DNA of 64,000 nt from Phoronis australis (Eukaryota > Animalia > Phoronida), in the NCBI GenBank assembly GCA_002633005.1, contig NMRA01000003.1, positions 1,854,727 through 1,918,726 of the forward strand, given 5' to 3'. The notes under the pieces were generated by a model, which did not search any database, was not told where the DNA came from, and saw only the letters and a list, made by a program, of their open reading frames with translations. Positions 24,101 to 36,100 of this stretch are shown one piece after another. A program made the translations under genes and the position numbers. Within the stretch, counting starts at the first letter, position 1; every line of letters begins with the position of its first letter.

Positions 24101-27100
24101 TCATGCTGTCTACGAAACTCCTTATAAGGCAACGAGATGAACTCGGTCAATCTCAATGGTCTGTTGCACCAAAAGTAACCAATAATATTCATCTACGTGA
24201 GAAATACACAAACAACAACCAATGAGAACCATCAAAAGCAGTTTCATGCAAATGTTTGTTGAGACTGGTAGCGGTAAAGTCTGTGTCGTGTGGCCCACCC
24301 AATATTGAAAAATGTGCTACGAAAACTAAAATTTTGGCCGTAGTCTAAACTGCTGCACAGCGGTGTCTTTGCTGACAACGTATACTTCGCAGAACTAACC
24401 ACCAAGTCTTAATTATTTTCAATTGGTATTATGATCAGTTGTCTGCCAAACACAAAAAGGTGACTTCCGATCAAAAGCGAACTGGCCTAGCGTAGGCCTA
24501 AGGATCAACGACTTTCGTGCCGGACTGCACCTCCAGTGAGCAGGTAGTGGATTAGGCCTATAGGTACTACTGGATAACTAGTTGTTCCAGATGATAATTG
24601 AGAGATTATTTACACGCCCTGTTACACCATGAATAGACCAGGGGGGCCCGGTCTGCCACTTAAGTGAGACCGGTGATTAGGCTGTCCACAACTGACCACT
24701 TGGCCTTTATTCAGTTTCAGTGGGCTATGGCCAGTTGCTGCCAAGCGTGATTTGAACCAGTGAAGACCTTATTAATGACGTCGATGCCTTTTTTACAAAG
24801 TAGTCCCTATATTTTTAAACTGGTCGCGGGATTTTTAAACAGGACGCGGGACATTTAAACAGGACGTGCGTTCAGCTAAACAGGACGCTGCGACATGTTA
24901 AAAGTGGTCGTGGAGAACACTGCACCCCATTCCACAATTTAGCATTGTTGATGTTTTTGATCGGTCCTTTGTAAGTCATCGAAAAAACAAGACAAAGGTC
25001 ATAAAGGTTGTGTCAAAGAGTCGACTTAAAGGGCCACAGACAACCCTACTTTTTGACGTCCTCATGCAAGGTAGGACGACATATTCGTACATTACTGTCA
25101 AGAGCCTCTTCGCTTATTCTGTTTAATGTTACTGTTTTTAGTTGATGTAAGCGCTCTGAAGATGTTGCGAGGGGCCTTATGAGCATGCGCATTATACGAA
25201 ACTGATACGAAGCCTTCATGCTTTTCGCTTTGTCATGAATGTTGACGATTGAACTAGGAAGATCTGGAGGTATTTACGATATTTATTGGTTTCGATGTCG
25301 ACAAATGGAAGCAATGAACGTGTTGCTGTCGCAGATAAAATGTTTGAGTTAAATTACTCTCAGATTTGACGTGCTTGGGGTTATTCCGGAAGTGGCTGGC
25401 AGACGGCCATATTGAATATCAGTTGTGTACCTTTCTCTTTATTATAAGGTATTGTAGAGGGCTACTTAAAGGTGCCTGTGGCCTGGGATAGCGTGGTTCA
25501 TCAATGGCATCTGCATTTGGTATGAAATCGTGGTGACAAATAGTGCCATTCTGCGGTCAAAAATGCGTGGAGCGTGGAGTAGACTGAATATTTCGTGGAA
25601 AAAGTGGATAAAAAAAAACAACCAATGTCTTCACAAACCAAGGTTTATGCTCTGTAAACTTAGAGAGAGGAACAATAACGGAGTGCGTGGCCGAGTCGCC
25701 TTGGACTAAGTTGGAATCTGAGAACCGACTGAACACTAGAAATAACAAGGCTTCCTGAAAGGAAATTCAACCATAACCGGTTATTCGTTGGATTGGAATC
25801 GTGGGATGTGAGTGATGTATGATATTCTTTTGTTTGATCCCGGCCACATGCACGCTCGTTGCCGTTGGCTGCTAGGCGTGACCGCCTGAGTGCGATTTTC
25901 TACGTGGCGCCGAAACGGGATACAAAGTGCTATTTTCGTTACTGCAAATGGGTTTTAAACTGCCATTTATGTATTTCAATTTCTTTTGACATTTTGTGAC
26001 TTCAGTTTTGCAGTTCAAGAGAAGTGATCACGTGACAGATTCTAAATGATCTGATTGTTTACAAATTCTGCCAGCCTATTTTCAGTGTCCTGGTAGTTAT
26101 TTCATGTCACATAGTTTCTTCTACACCAACGTGGCTTATTTCTGTAATAACTGTTTGAAACTGAAAAGTTTGGCCAACTTAGGATTGTGATTGATGCATT
26201 CTATCGTTTAAAGTATGTTGTTTTTGACTTTCATTTTTCCATGCTAACAGTTGGGGCATGAGCCACAGGTTTTCGTCTTGACGTTTTTCCATTTGCGTTG
26301 GAATTAAATAATTTGTTGGAATTAAATGTGTGTGTATTTCAGGCTTTCTAGATTATCTATGCATCGATTTTCATTTTTTTGTAATTTTGTATCGTAATTA
26401 TAAGAATTGAAAATAATTTTATAGCTTAGGTCTCATTGCAGCAAATCAAGAATAAGCTCCTGCCACTCACACTGCAAATTTTTCATCATTATCTTTATTA
26501 TTTTAATTTTAAAAAATATCTTTTGTTGCATCTAATTGCCGTCATTGTTGTTGCTGAAACAGATGTCAGGTACTGCTTAAGATGAGTGCGTTTTGCCAAC
26601 ACGACACTGTAACAGGGCATCTTGTGGTAATAATGTTTACTTTCGATCTGTTGAGGTATGGTTTAGATTGAAATGTGTATTTGGGGCCGTAAAAATTTCC
26701 TCTTTTTTGTCATGGGTCATTCCAAGCCCTGGTGCTAATTCGAGAACTCCCAACATCCGGCCACTCACGGAAAGCCACGGACAAACACGAACACATGAGA
26801 CGACACAAAAGATGAGACCATACAAACCAACATTCACAACATAGTTATAGACAGTATTTGTGCCACCGTCTCAACTGACCCTGTAGAGACGCCAGTAATC
26901 CCATAGGGCGGACATGTTGTTTAGTAGGCCTGATTGGGAATGCTGGACTGAATTTAGACCTAGTCCTTCAGTCCACCCCAGTTTAAACAGATTCCAACAC
27001 TTTGCATCGCTCTGCCAAGTTGCTGGTTCCAGGAGAACTGTTACAGGAGTAAGTAGTTGGAACGGTGACTCCAAATCGGTGAAAACCTTATGGGTGACCT

Positions 27101-30100
27101 TGTTTACTAGAGACTAGACATAGCCTACTAATGTCATCACTCAGTTTATCCGCCCTAAAGGACACACTCTTACGAGATGGCATTAAACCCTTCGTAGTGG
27201 AGAAAATCATACGGCTAAGTCAAAGAAATGGTACATAGATAGGGGATGACCATTAGCACATACTTGCCTATATCTTGATCAGCCAACCCCAAACAAAATC
27301 TGAGGATAGTTTGATGGCAGTCACCATCAGAGGGGTTAAGAAAAGTTGAAAGATATAAATGGTTATGCCTGTCTTGTCTATTAGTGAAGGGACTCTGCTT
27401 GTTTTTGTGACGCAGAGTGGAATTGCAATTGGTCCACTCCCAGCTCTCCAGAAGAAATGCCAAAGCGTTATATTATGGCCTTCATTACATCGTAATATGA
27501 TGCCTCTGGCCCGCTTTCTGTTAAGTTACAGAGGAAGCGCAGTGCATCTCCCTCACAGCAAAGACTTAATTCTGCTAGGCACGTGTTTCCAGACCAGAAA
27601 TTTTCCCAAACAAAGCAAGCAAATTTCCAATGGAAATCCATCTAGGTATTTTGCAGATCCTCAAATACTAAATTGTGATGGGCATGCAAATCAACTTTAT
27701 ATCCCCTTGCATTCCTTGGAGCCGCGATCGTGCTGGTACTACCTCCTCCATTTCCAGAGTACCCCCTGGGACAAACAGAGTCACCGGGACTTGTGCCACT
27801 GTCGCACCTACCTCGTACATTTCCCAAGTACCCCCTGGGTCAAGACTAAGAATCGCCAGGACTTGTGCCTCTGTCACGCCTACCTCCTACATTTTCCGAG
27901 TACCCCCGGGGTCGGAACAAGTGACGTAGAATCACTGGGACTTTTGTCACTGTCGCGCCTACCCACCTCTGAAGGGTATTAGGAACCCCCAGGCTACATC
28001 AAAGTCTTCCCAAAAGGAGGATTAGGGGACCTGTTAAGCCTTTCACAGGTGTCAGCCACTTGAGCTAACCCTGTCAGCAAATTAAGCTTGAATTATTCTT
28101 TAACAGTTGTTTACACATTGGTAAAATGGACCTACGTAGTCTCATTATCTTGTAGTCTTATATTAATGAACTGAAGTGGCATAAAGTTGTACATGTAATA
28201 ATTACTAAGGTGTTAAAAACTGGAAGAAAAGCAACTGAGTTTGCGGTACAAGTTTATGACTCCCTAATTTAAAAGAGGAGGGACCAAATCGAGACCCAGC
28301 GGTTTCAGGAAATTAAAACATCCTCATGTAGAAGGTAGTAAACATTTAAACATTTGAATGATTACATGCATTTCCTTGTTTCTCTACACTCACTGTCAAA
28401 TCAAGTGCTTTAACAAAGGGGTCATAATCTAGCAGTAGCCACCTTGTGGTGACTTGGATTTTTTCCCAGGTTGCCAAACACAATCTGAGCTCGCATTAGC
28501 GAACTGCGACTTGCAAGTCTCCAAATCTTGAGCTGTACATTACAACTATTTACAAGGCCCTTATTAGTCGGAATATTGTAAGGTGGAGTGGTTTCTCGAA
28601 CACCTCCACGTCCTCTTCCACCTTGCCATTCTCCGTCTCATAGTGTACCCTTGTCTCTGTCGAAGGACAATACCTTACTAGTGTACCAATACTCCTCGCC
28701 ATCATCTGTACTCTTGAAGCAGTGATCTACTCTGCAACCCATCGGCCACTTGTGATCCAGTGCCATCAAAGCCCCAAGTCTCCTTTCTCCATGTCATCCA
28801 GTAGTACAAAGGTGTACACTGATCTTGGTTCACAGTCGTATTGGATGTCGTGGTTGGCATCATGCTGCAAACCACACCTCGATACCACATGTCAATAGCC
28901 TCACGTATCACAGACTTCTGCTTGGAAGTCAATCCATCCACATTTCACAGTGATCTTCCCTGCTGCAGAGATTGAGTATTTCCTTGTAGTTGGTATGCTG
29001 TAGAATAAATTTTTGATATTTACTCTCAAGGATGTCGTTTTTTCCACTCAATCCAAACAGACGTTCATGAAGGGAATCAGGTGTTGAAATCAGTCCCCCC
29101 AAGGTGCTGAAGCTCTTTTATAATGGTTTCTCCTCTGACTCCATCTGCAAGGATTCCCTGTGAGTCTTTCTCCCTCAAGGTGGCTAGGTGAATTTGGCGC
29201 TCACGAACTACTGCAGCTTTTCGTTTCTGAAAATAAATGTAGTTAACAAATCCAGTCGACCGAATATCTGTTCTGGGGCCTCAAATGAATGGATGAAGAA
29301 ATAAGTAGCTGCTAACTTTACTTATCTGTTTACGATAGCTAGAGCAAATACTACAATAAACAATACTAGTGTAGAATCAATCACTCCTGTCTTTAACAAA
29401 GAATCTAACTTTGATTTAGACCACTTTAAATGCAGCTGTAAGACAGGTCCCAAGTTTATTATAAAGAAAGTATCTTAGTGTTTCGAAAGAGTTGACAGTT
29501 ATATCCCAAGACAATTCTAAAAGGATAGAATAAGACCATCCGAGGTATCGAACATCGAGGATGAACGGACTGTCAGTTCTTCCCCAACAGTTTTATAACG
29601 ATGCAACTGAACAGGTACAGATACGGAACAGACAAATAGAAGAGTAGATCATAATTGTTGATCGCTACAATATTATGACTGGCAGATTGAGAAAAGTATG
29701 TGCCGAAGCTGAAAACAAGTTTATGTGAGGTAGATCTGAAGAGCAGTTACTAATAAGTACTAATACTAGGATTAATTTAAGAAATGTTTAAGCACCTTGT
29801 CAGTGACGGGGACAGACGTGATCTCCTGCATATCCTCCGTCCAGACTTCAAACTTTACCCCTTCAAGATGGTCTCTGAGAAGATGTTGGTTTGTTAGGTG
29901 AAAACTTGGGAACAGCAACTTGAGCATCTGCTTGGTTGTATTATCTGAAGCAACAGCAGCAAACATGCATTTCAGCACCTCATCTTGCACAGTTATTTCA
30001 GGGAAAAGGAACTCGCCATGCAGTTGACTCGATGCATCAGAGGACCAGGTGACTAACATTTCTATCATGTTTTGCACCACTGGTGTAATCTCGCACATAT

Positions 30101-33100
30101 GGTTGGCTACCTCTAGCTTTCGCCATAGTGACTCAGTGGTGATCTCAGATATGAGACCCTGGGTTCTAACACCTGATCTGTAACAGTCAACAGCAACATC
30201 ATCGTTCACAGCTTCAAGAAGTTTGTTTTCACTTTTTACCCACTCAAACTTTTTTTAGGTCCTTAAGTAAGTAAAAGGGAGCAGCAGCATTTTCAAAAAG
30301 GATGTTGAAGTGGTTCCCATTGAAAGGTTTCAAACTGCACTGATCCCAATTTTTGAAGCCTCTGTCCTGGATAGCTTTGCAGATAGTCCTTACTAGTCTA
30401 GTACTTCCAGATTCTCTGGGCTTTGAGAATCCACCAGGCAGTGAAGGTGCTCCAGCTGGTTGACCTTGTACCATGTTGTCCTCCCAGGTGGCTAGTGTCT
30501 TGTTTGCCTGCTCAGCTAACCCTGCAAGATTGTGTGAGGTATGGCTACAAAGCCGAGAACTTCACTTTCATATTCAGGAGCAACGTTTTGCCATTAGTGT
30601 ATCTTGTTTTTCAGCTCATTCTCTTTCCTGGAATATAAAGGGTCGTTAGTACTTTCTTTTTTCTGATGGTATGGTAGGCTCCTGCCATGGTCTTTCAAGG
30701 TCTGACAAAGTGTTCTGAAGTTCATACATAGTTGTTACACTTCATGCCATCGTCTTGTGTCCTCCAGCCAGGGCCATCCTTTTCTTAAGTCAGTTTAAAA
30801 ATCACGCTTTCATTTGCTTTGCTCATATTCTGTGTACTTCCTTTTTCTGCAGTTTTAAGGGGGGACTGACTTCAATAAACGCCTTATTGTTCTTTTACAC
30901 AAAGGAAAACGAGATCACATGAGATAATATCAGGTGCACCAAGTTGTGTCCAAAATAATAATCAATTGCCACATGTGACATAAAACCCAGAATATGTGTC
31001 AATCTCAACATCAGATGGACTGGCAGTTTCTCTATCTCACTATTCAATTCTTATGACATTACAGTGGCAATAAGCATCTACAGGTCTCAACTAGGTTCAG
31101 AATGATGTTCGTCAATATGTCTGCCAACTACATATATCTCGGGTGACCTGGCGCCACTCAACTTCATTGATCTCAAGTACAAATAAAATGTCTTGGTCGG
31201 ATTCAATGTTTCTTGAATTGTGATTTGGTGATCAAAATTTTGATCATAAGAGAAACAAAGCTCTTAAGTACCTGATTGCATCTTTCCCACGTGTCAAAAC
31301 AATGCAACACAGGTGCTGATCTGAGGAATGTTAGAGTGATGTACTTGAAGCAGTGTATCTTCTTATCTCGATCATTCTGCGTGGCCAGTCAAACAATTAA
31401 TATCTACCTAATTAGGACACTTGGACTGAGTAAATGAATAATGCCAACTGCTAGTACACACTAAACTACAAACACCATTCATTGTACATGCTTTTCAACT
31501 TTGGTCGGTTCCAAAGTGGTTCAAAATTTCCCAAAAGCTGTTACATACTGAGCTCAAAGGCAGCCTGTCAGCAAATCATGTGCAGTCTTTGACCTAAGAT
31601 CTGCATGTGCAAGAATATAAAGCATGTAGGAAGCTGTCTTCTAGTGGTTAGGCTTCACAAGTTTTTGTTCCTCAACTGTCAAGTTAAATTTTGTACTTAT
31701 CCTTGAGTAAAATACATGTGAAATGTTGGCTGACCACTGATGGTGGGAACATGTAAGCATGTGAAGCCAAAACCACCGCCATCTTAACTGGATGTTATGA
31801 GCAGCTTTAAATCCATAGTTACACAGTTTCACTTAGCTTTGAGGATTCTTTTTCGACTCAACTGCACCCGAGAAAGTCTTTATAGGCAATATTAATTAAC
31901 GTACACAATGTGAGATGGGAGAAGGCTCAGCAAAACGACCTTTTTACTCTCATCAAACGCTACGTGGAACTTCCTTTAATCTGCCTTCTTCCTGCAGACA
32001 GCATGGAACTCCTCGATTTTTCCAGAGAAAATTTAAAAGTCCAGTTGTTAAGTTTATCTCATTACCAAATGTATAAATTAATAATCTTGAGCACAAGTTG
32101 AAAAATCCACTTCCTTAATTACAGCCAAAATCTGCAATTTAGATAGGAAATGAATTAAGGAATTAGATTTCCTTCAGAAGGTGTTCCTATTTCTTGAATC
32201 TTTTCAGCCAGTTTCCCTTTGTTATTCCTGACCTGTGAAGCTAGGACATTGAAAGAAAACATCTTTCAAAAGCAGTCTTGTTTGCACTGGAGTAAGTGCA
32301 CAGAACTTCTTGAGCTCAAAATCGGCTCTTGTTCCTTTATAAATGTTGATAAGTGCCTTAAAGAGATAGGATCATGCTTAAACGTCTTTGAAGTTAAAGT
32401 ATTATTTTAAAAGTCACACATGTGATAGATTCACTTTGGACCAACACAACAGTTCACCAGCAACATTATTCAATGTGAGACCAACACAACAGTTCACCAG
32501 CAACATTAGTCAATGTGAGACCAACACAACAGTTCACCAGCAACATTAGTCAATGTGAGATTGTTCTGGCCTGAATCACCATGTTTAACAAGTTTGTATC
32601 GACTGACTACGATAATATTCGCAACAACTTATTACTCTTCCTTGATACTTGAAGACCCTGAATTTGCCAAAATGACAAATATTTGTCAACCCTATGCAAA
32701 ATACGGCACTATTGGTGTCAACTTCTTGGTCAATACTTCCATCTAATGTATCGTACTGTTGTATCTTTCAAAGTTTTCAGCTACTTGCTTTTTTGTAATC
32801 TGCTATTTGCTCAGCACACTTGGAACAGCAAGTATATACTGTCTTCTAAACGTGTCTAATATTTACCAACCATCAGTGGCCTGAGTGACTTTTTCAGGGC
32901 TCAGTGTTTAGCATAACCTCAACATGCCAAATGTAACCTGGCAGAATTCATCAATCTATACCCTACTTGTCATTGATAGTTCTACTTCCAGTACTAGCTG
33001 AGATTGTTTTGTTTTGAAATTTGACCTTATATCTATCCTTGCCAGGTTTTTTTCATCGCCCCAACTTAATGAGAGCACTGTGAATGTAATGATTAAGTAA

Positions 33101-36100
33101 GCAAGTGCATGTACAGGGTGCCTCAAAATTATGAGGGAAATTAGAAATTAATGATGCTTGTCACTGGCAGTGTTGCCAAAGGTTAAGAGTGTAGGCTCAA
33201 TACAACAATGAGTAGTGATTGCACATCATCTGCGGCTTAAGTGTTCACAAATGCTTTTTCCCATAATTTGGAATGCTCCAAACAAAATTTCAGCAACAAT
33301 TATAAATTGTGAAAACAAAACTCCAAAGCCTGCCTCTACTTTTAGTTGTCGTCAACCTGAATGTGTAAGCGGTACATCATGCTTCTGTATATTGAAGTTA
33401 AAAGGTGTCCCATAATTGTGAGACACCCTGTATTTGTATGTGGAGGTTGGTTTTGAGAACAGTGTGCTATGCCTACCCTTATGTAAACGTAAAGCTTCTT
33501 ATACAGACCTGAAAAACAATTGCCAGAAAAGCATTCATGGGTGTTTTTTTTTTCTGAACAAAAAGCGTGTGCATGGACATTGTTTATTGGAAACCTTAGA
33601 GACCAGACCAGCACTAAGTGTACACCATTGTGTTTATAGATCAAAGAAAATAGCATTCCGTATTCATTTGGTTCTAGTTTCCACCCAACTCATTTTGAAA
33701 CCTGCATCTCACTGTTTAAAGAAAAATGCCCGCTAGGGGCACATCATTTCTACAGATTTTTTTCTTTTCAAAAGCTAAATAGTCGTATCTAAGCTAGTGT
33801 TTGTAATGAGCTGGCTTGGTTACTCACCATCAATCACCTGCTTCATGTCCTTACTTGATTAAGATAAACTTTCAAAGTGAAAATGTTTGCATTTTTGGCT
33901 TGTGGCAGTGACCAGCCAACTTCTATTCAGTAGAAAATAGGTTTCTATTAGAAGCTTTACGGACTTGGAATGAAGCCGGTTTAAGAGTTTAAAACTGATT
34001 GATATTGCATCACTGTAAAATAATTGGATTCTGAGGGATAAAATCTCATCAGAGTCTAATTTTATATTTTCAGACCCAAAAAGATTTTACAAGAATGTAC
34101 AGATATCTCATGCTGACAGTAAGTATATTAAGGGACCTTTTATATTAAATTGTAAAGTTATGAAGCGAACTAGCCGATGAAATACTTCAAATTTCAATTT
34201 TGCATTTCTTCATTTTCAGATGAGGTGTCAATTGTTTGCAGATCGGTATGAACATTTAGGCTTACCAATAGGGTTAATGCATTTGATGGATTCTGTCAAC
34301 ATTTCAGATAAAAGTAAAATTAAAATCAGATGCTTTTATTTTGTCACTGTAGTACATAAGCTTGAAGGTGTGTACAGCAGTATTCACTGACTGTTGTTGA
34401 CGTGATATCACATATTTTGCACCTTGGTAATTTTCAGTGTCAGGTGTTGCTTCCTATTCATCGCTATCACCTTCAAGGGTTCTCTTTTGTATAGCACAAG
34501 GCTCCATGGTAGCTTTCGATGGATTTAGGATGTTGTAAATTGTTGGTACTGCATCCTTACACAGACTTTTTCTGGGCTTGTCACTTCCTTTGTCTGAGGG
34601 CCACATAAAGTGGTCATGACTAAAGTGTTCTTCACATAAACACAGTGTACGGTATAATTTTTTGAAGTGACGTTTGAAGACCCAGTCTTCCTTTCGTGTG
34701 TTAATCCACCAGCTGTGGCATCTGCAAATTAGCATGTAAAAATGAAATTAATAATAAATTTGGCTTTTTTGCAGGTGGTTACGAAATCAATCTGGATAAA
34801 CGGAAACTAAAGACCCCTTTAGGCTCTGTGTTTAGAGTGCCCACAGAACCACTGGCTCTGGCAGTGGCTGCAGAGTGGAACGGACAACAAGATACCATAA
34901 AACGACATGCAATGCACCTTGTTAGTAGGATTTCACTTATTCATCTTCATCAATAGCAGTTGTTAACCAAGGTGCACTTTGAATAGACTTGGGTGATGCT
35001 GTCTCTTTTATTGTCAAGTTTTCACTAGGATTACTATATTAGTTACTTGCATACCTAGAAAATGACGGTATGTATCAAGTGTTGTGCATTCCACAAGCAG
35101 CAATTGACCTATTGCAAGCTCTGGCCCCTTACAAATTGTCGACAAACAAATAATAAGTTTTTACCCAGCAGCATGTTGTTTGTCGGGTAAAATGGTAGCT
35201 TGGAAACAAAGGTATGTAAAGAATGCTGCGTTCTGGTTGGTCAGTTAAGTCGTCAGTCAAAATCCTGGCAATAGGTCAATTGTAGCATTTTGATTCTGTC
35301 TACTTCTTTAACAAATTGCACATCAAATGGAGTTAATGGATTTGGAGACAGGAGATGAAGTTGCTCTCCTCAAGCATTAACTAACATGGTGGAAGATGCT
35401 AGCTTCTTTTTGTGGCAAAAATGATGCCCTAAAAGGGTTCAACTCTTTCAAAAGTTAGTAGTCTCACCATGAACTCCTATTGCTTTTTTTAAGTACTAAG
35501 TATGGATTCAATCTCGGCTATTACCATAGGTCATTAATATAGCCCATAACTAGAGATCTGTCCCCTTTTCATGTGTGTCCTTTGAGGAAAGACTTTCCAT
35601 GTTTCTACAGTCTTGTATTGCAGCTGTGTCTTTTGTTTTATTTTACTGCCAGTGTCACAATGTTTTTTGGCATGTTCTGTTTTGTAGTAAAGAAGTACGT
35701 CAACTTTTTTCCAGACAGCTTTATGTAACACAGCCATAGAAAATCCCACAAAAAGAGAAAGAGAACAGATAATTGAAGGCATTCTTCACTTCTTAGAGAC
35801 TGACACTATATGGTAACTTCTGAGAATTACTTGGGCTAGATATTAAGGATAGTCGTGCGTTTTGCTAACAGTTGTTTTTGACAGACATTTTAAGTCTGGT
35901 CTGCACGCCACCTGTTGGCCACATCACGTCACCTAATGAACAGTCATGACCATATTTTCACGGCCGTTCACGATTTACATAATTATAAAAGCATTTGTTT
36001 CTTCTTGTGCTACTCTTGATAGTTTACAACACATTCAATCGCAGGATCAGCAATAACTTTTTGAATTTCCAGTATCATGAGTTGCTATTTTATCAATTTT

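Larger units (their letters stand above)
18855..25480. mobile_element. 6.6-kb DNA transposon with ~357-bp TIRs and 7-bp TSD (P-element-like ends), carrying a decayed Pif1 helicase gene
   Basis: TIRs 18855-19211 and 25124-25480 align along their whole length with scattered mismatches. Termini are CACAGGCACC...GGTGCCTGTG. The direct repeat GCCTGGG flanks both ends (18848-18854, 25481-25487). Confidence 0.9.

Noticed and set aside
18855-25480. Classification of the element as a Helitron or Maverick/Polinton
   Set aside because: Helitrons lack long TIRs and TSDs, and no Rep/HUH domain was seen. No polB, integrase or capsid remnants were seen, and the inverted repeat extends past the AGTAG motif to CACAG with a 7-bp rather than 6-bp TSD.
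27359-27982. 207-aa ORF
   Set aside because: Its C-terminal half is a translation of the ~72-bp tandem repeat, with no recognisable domain.
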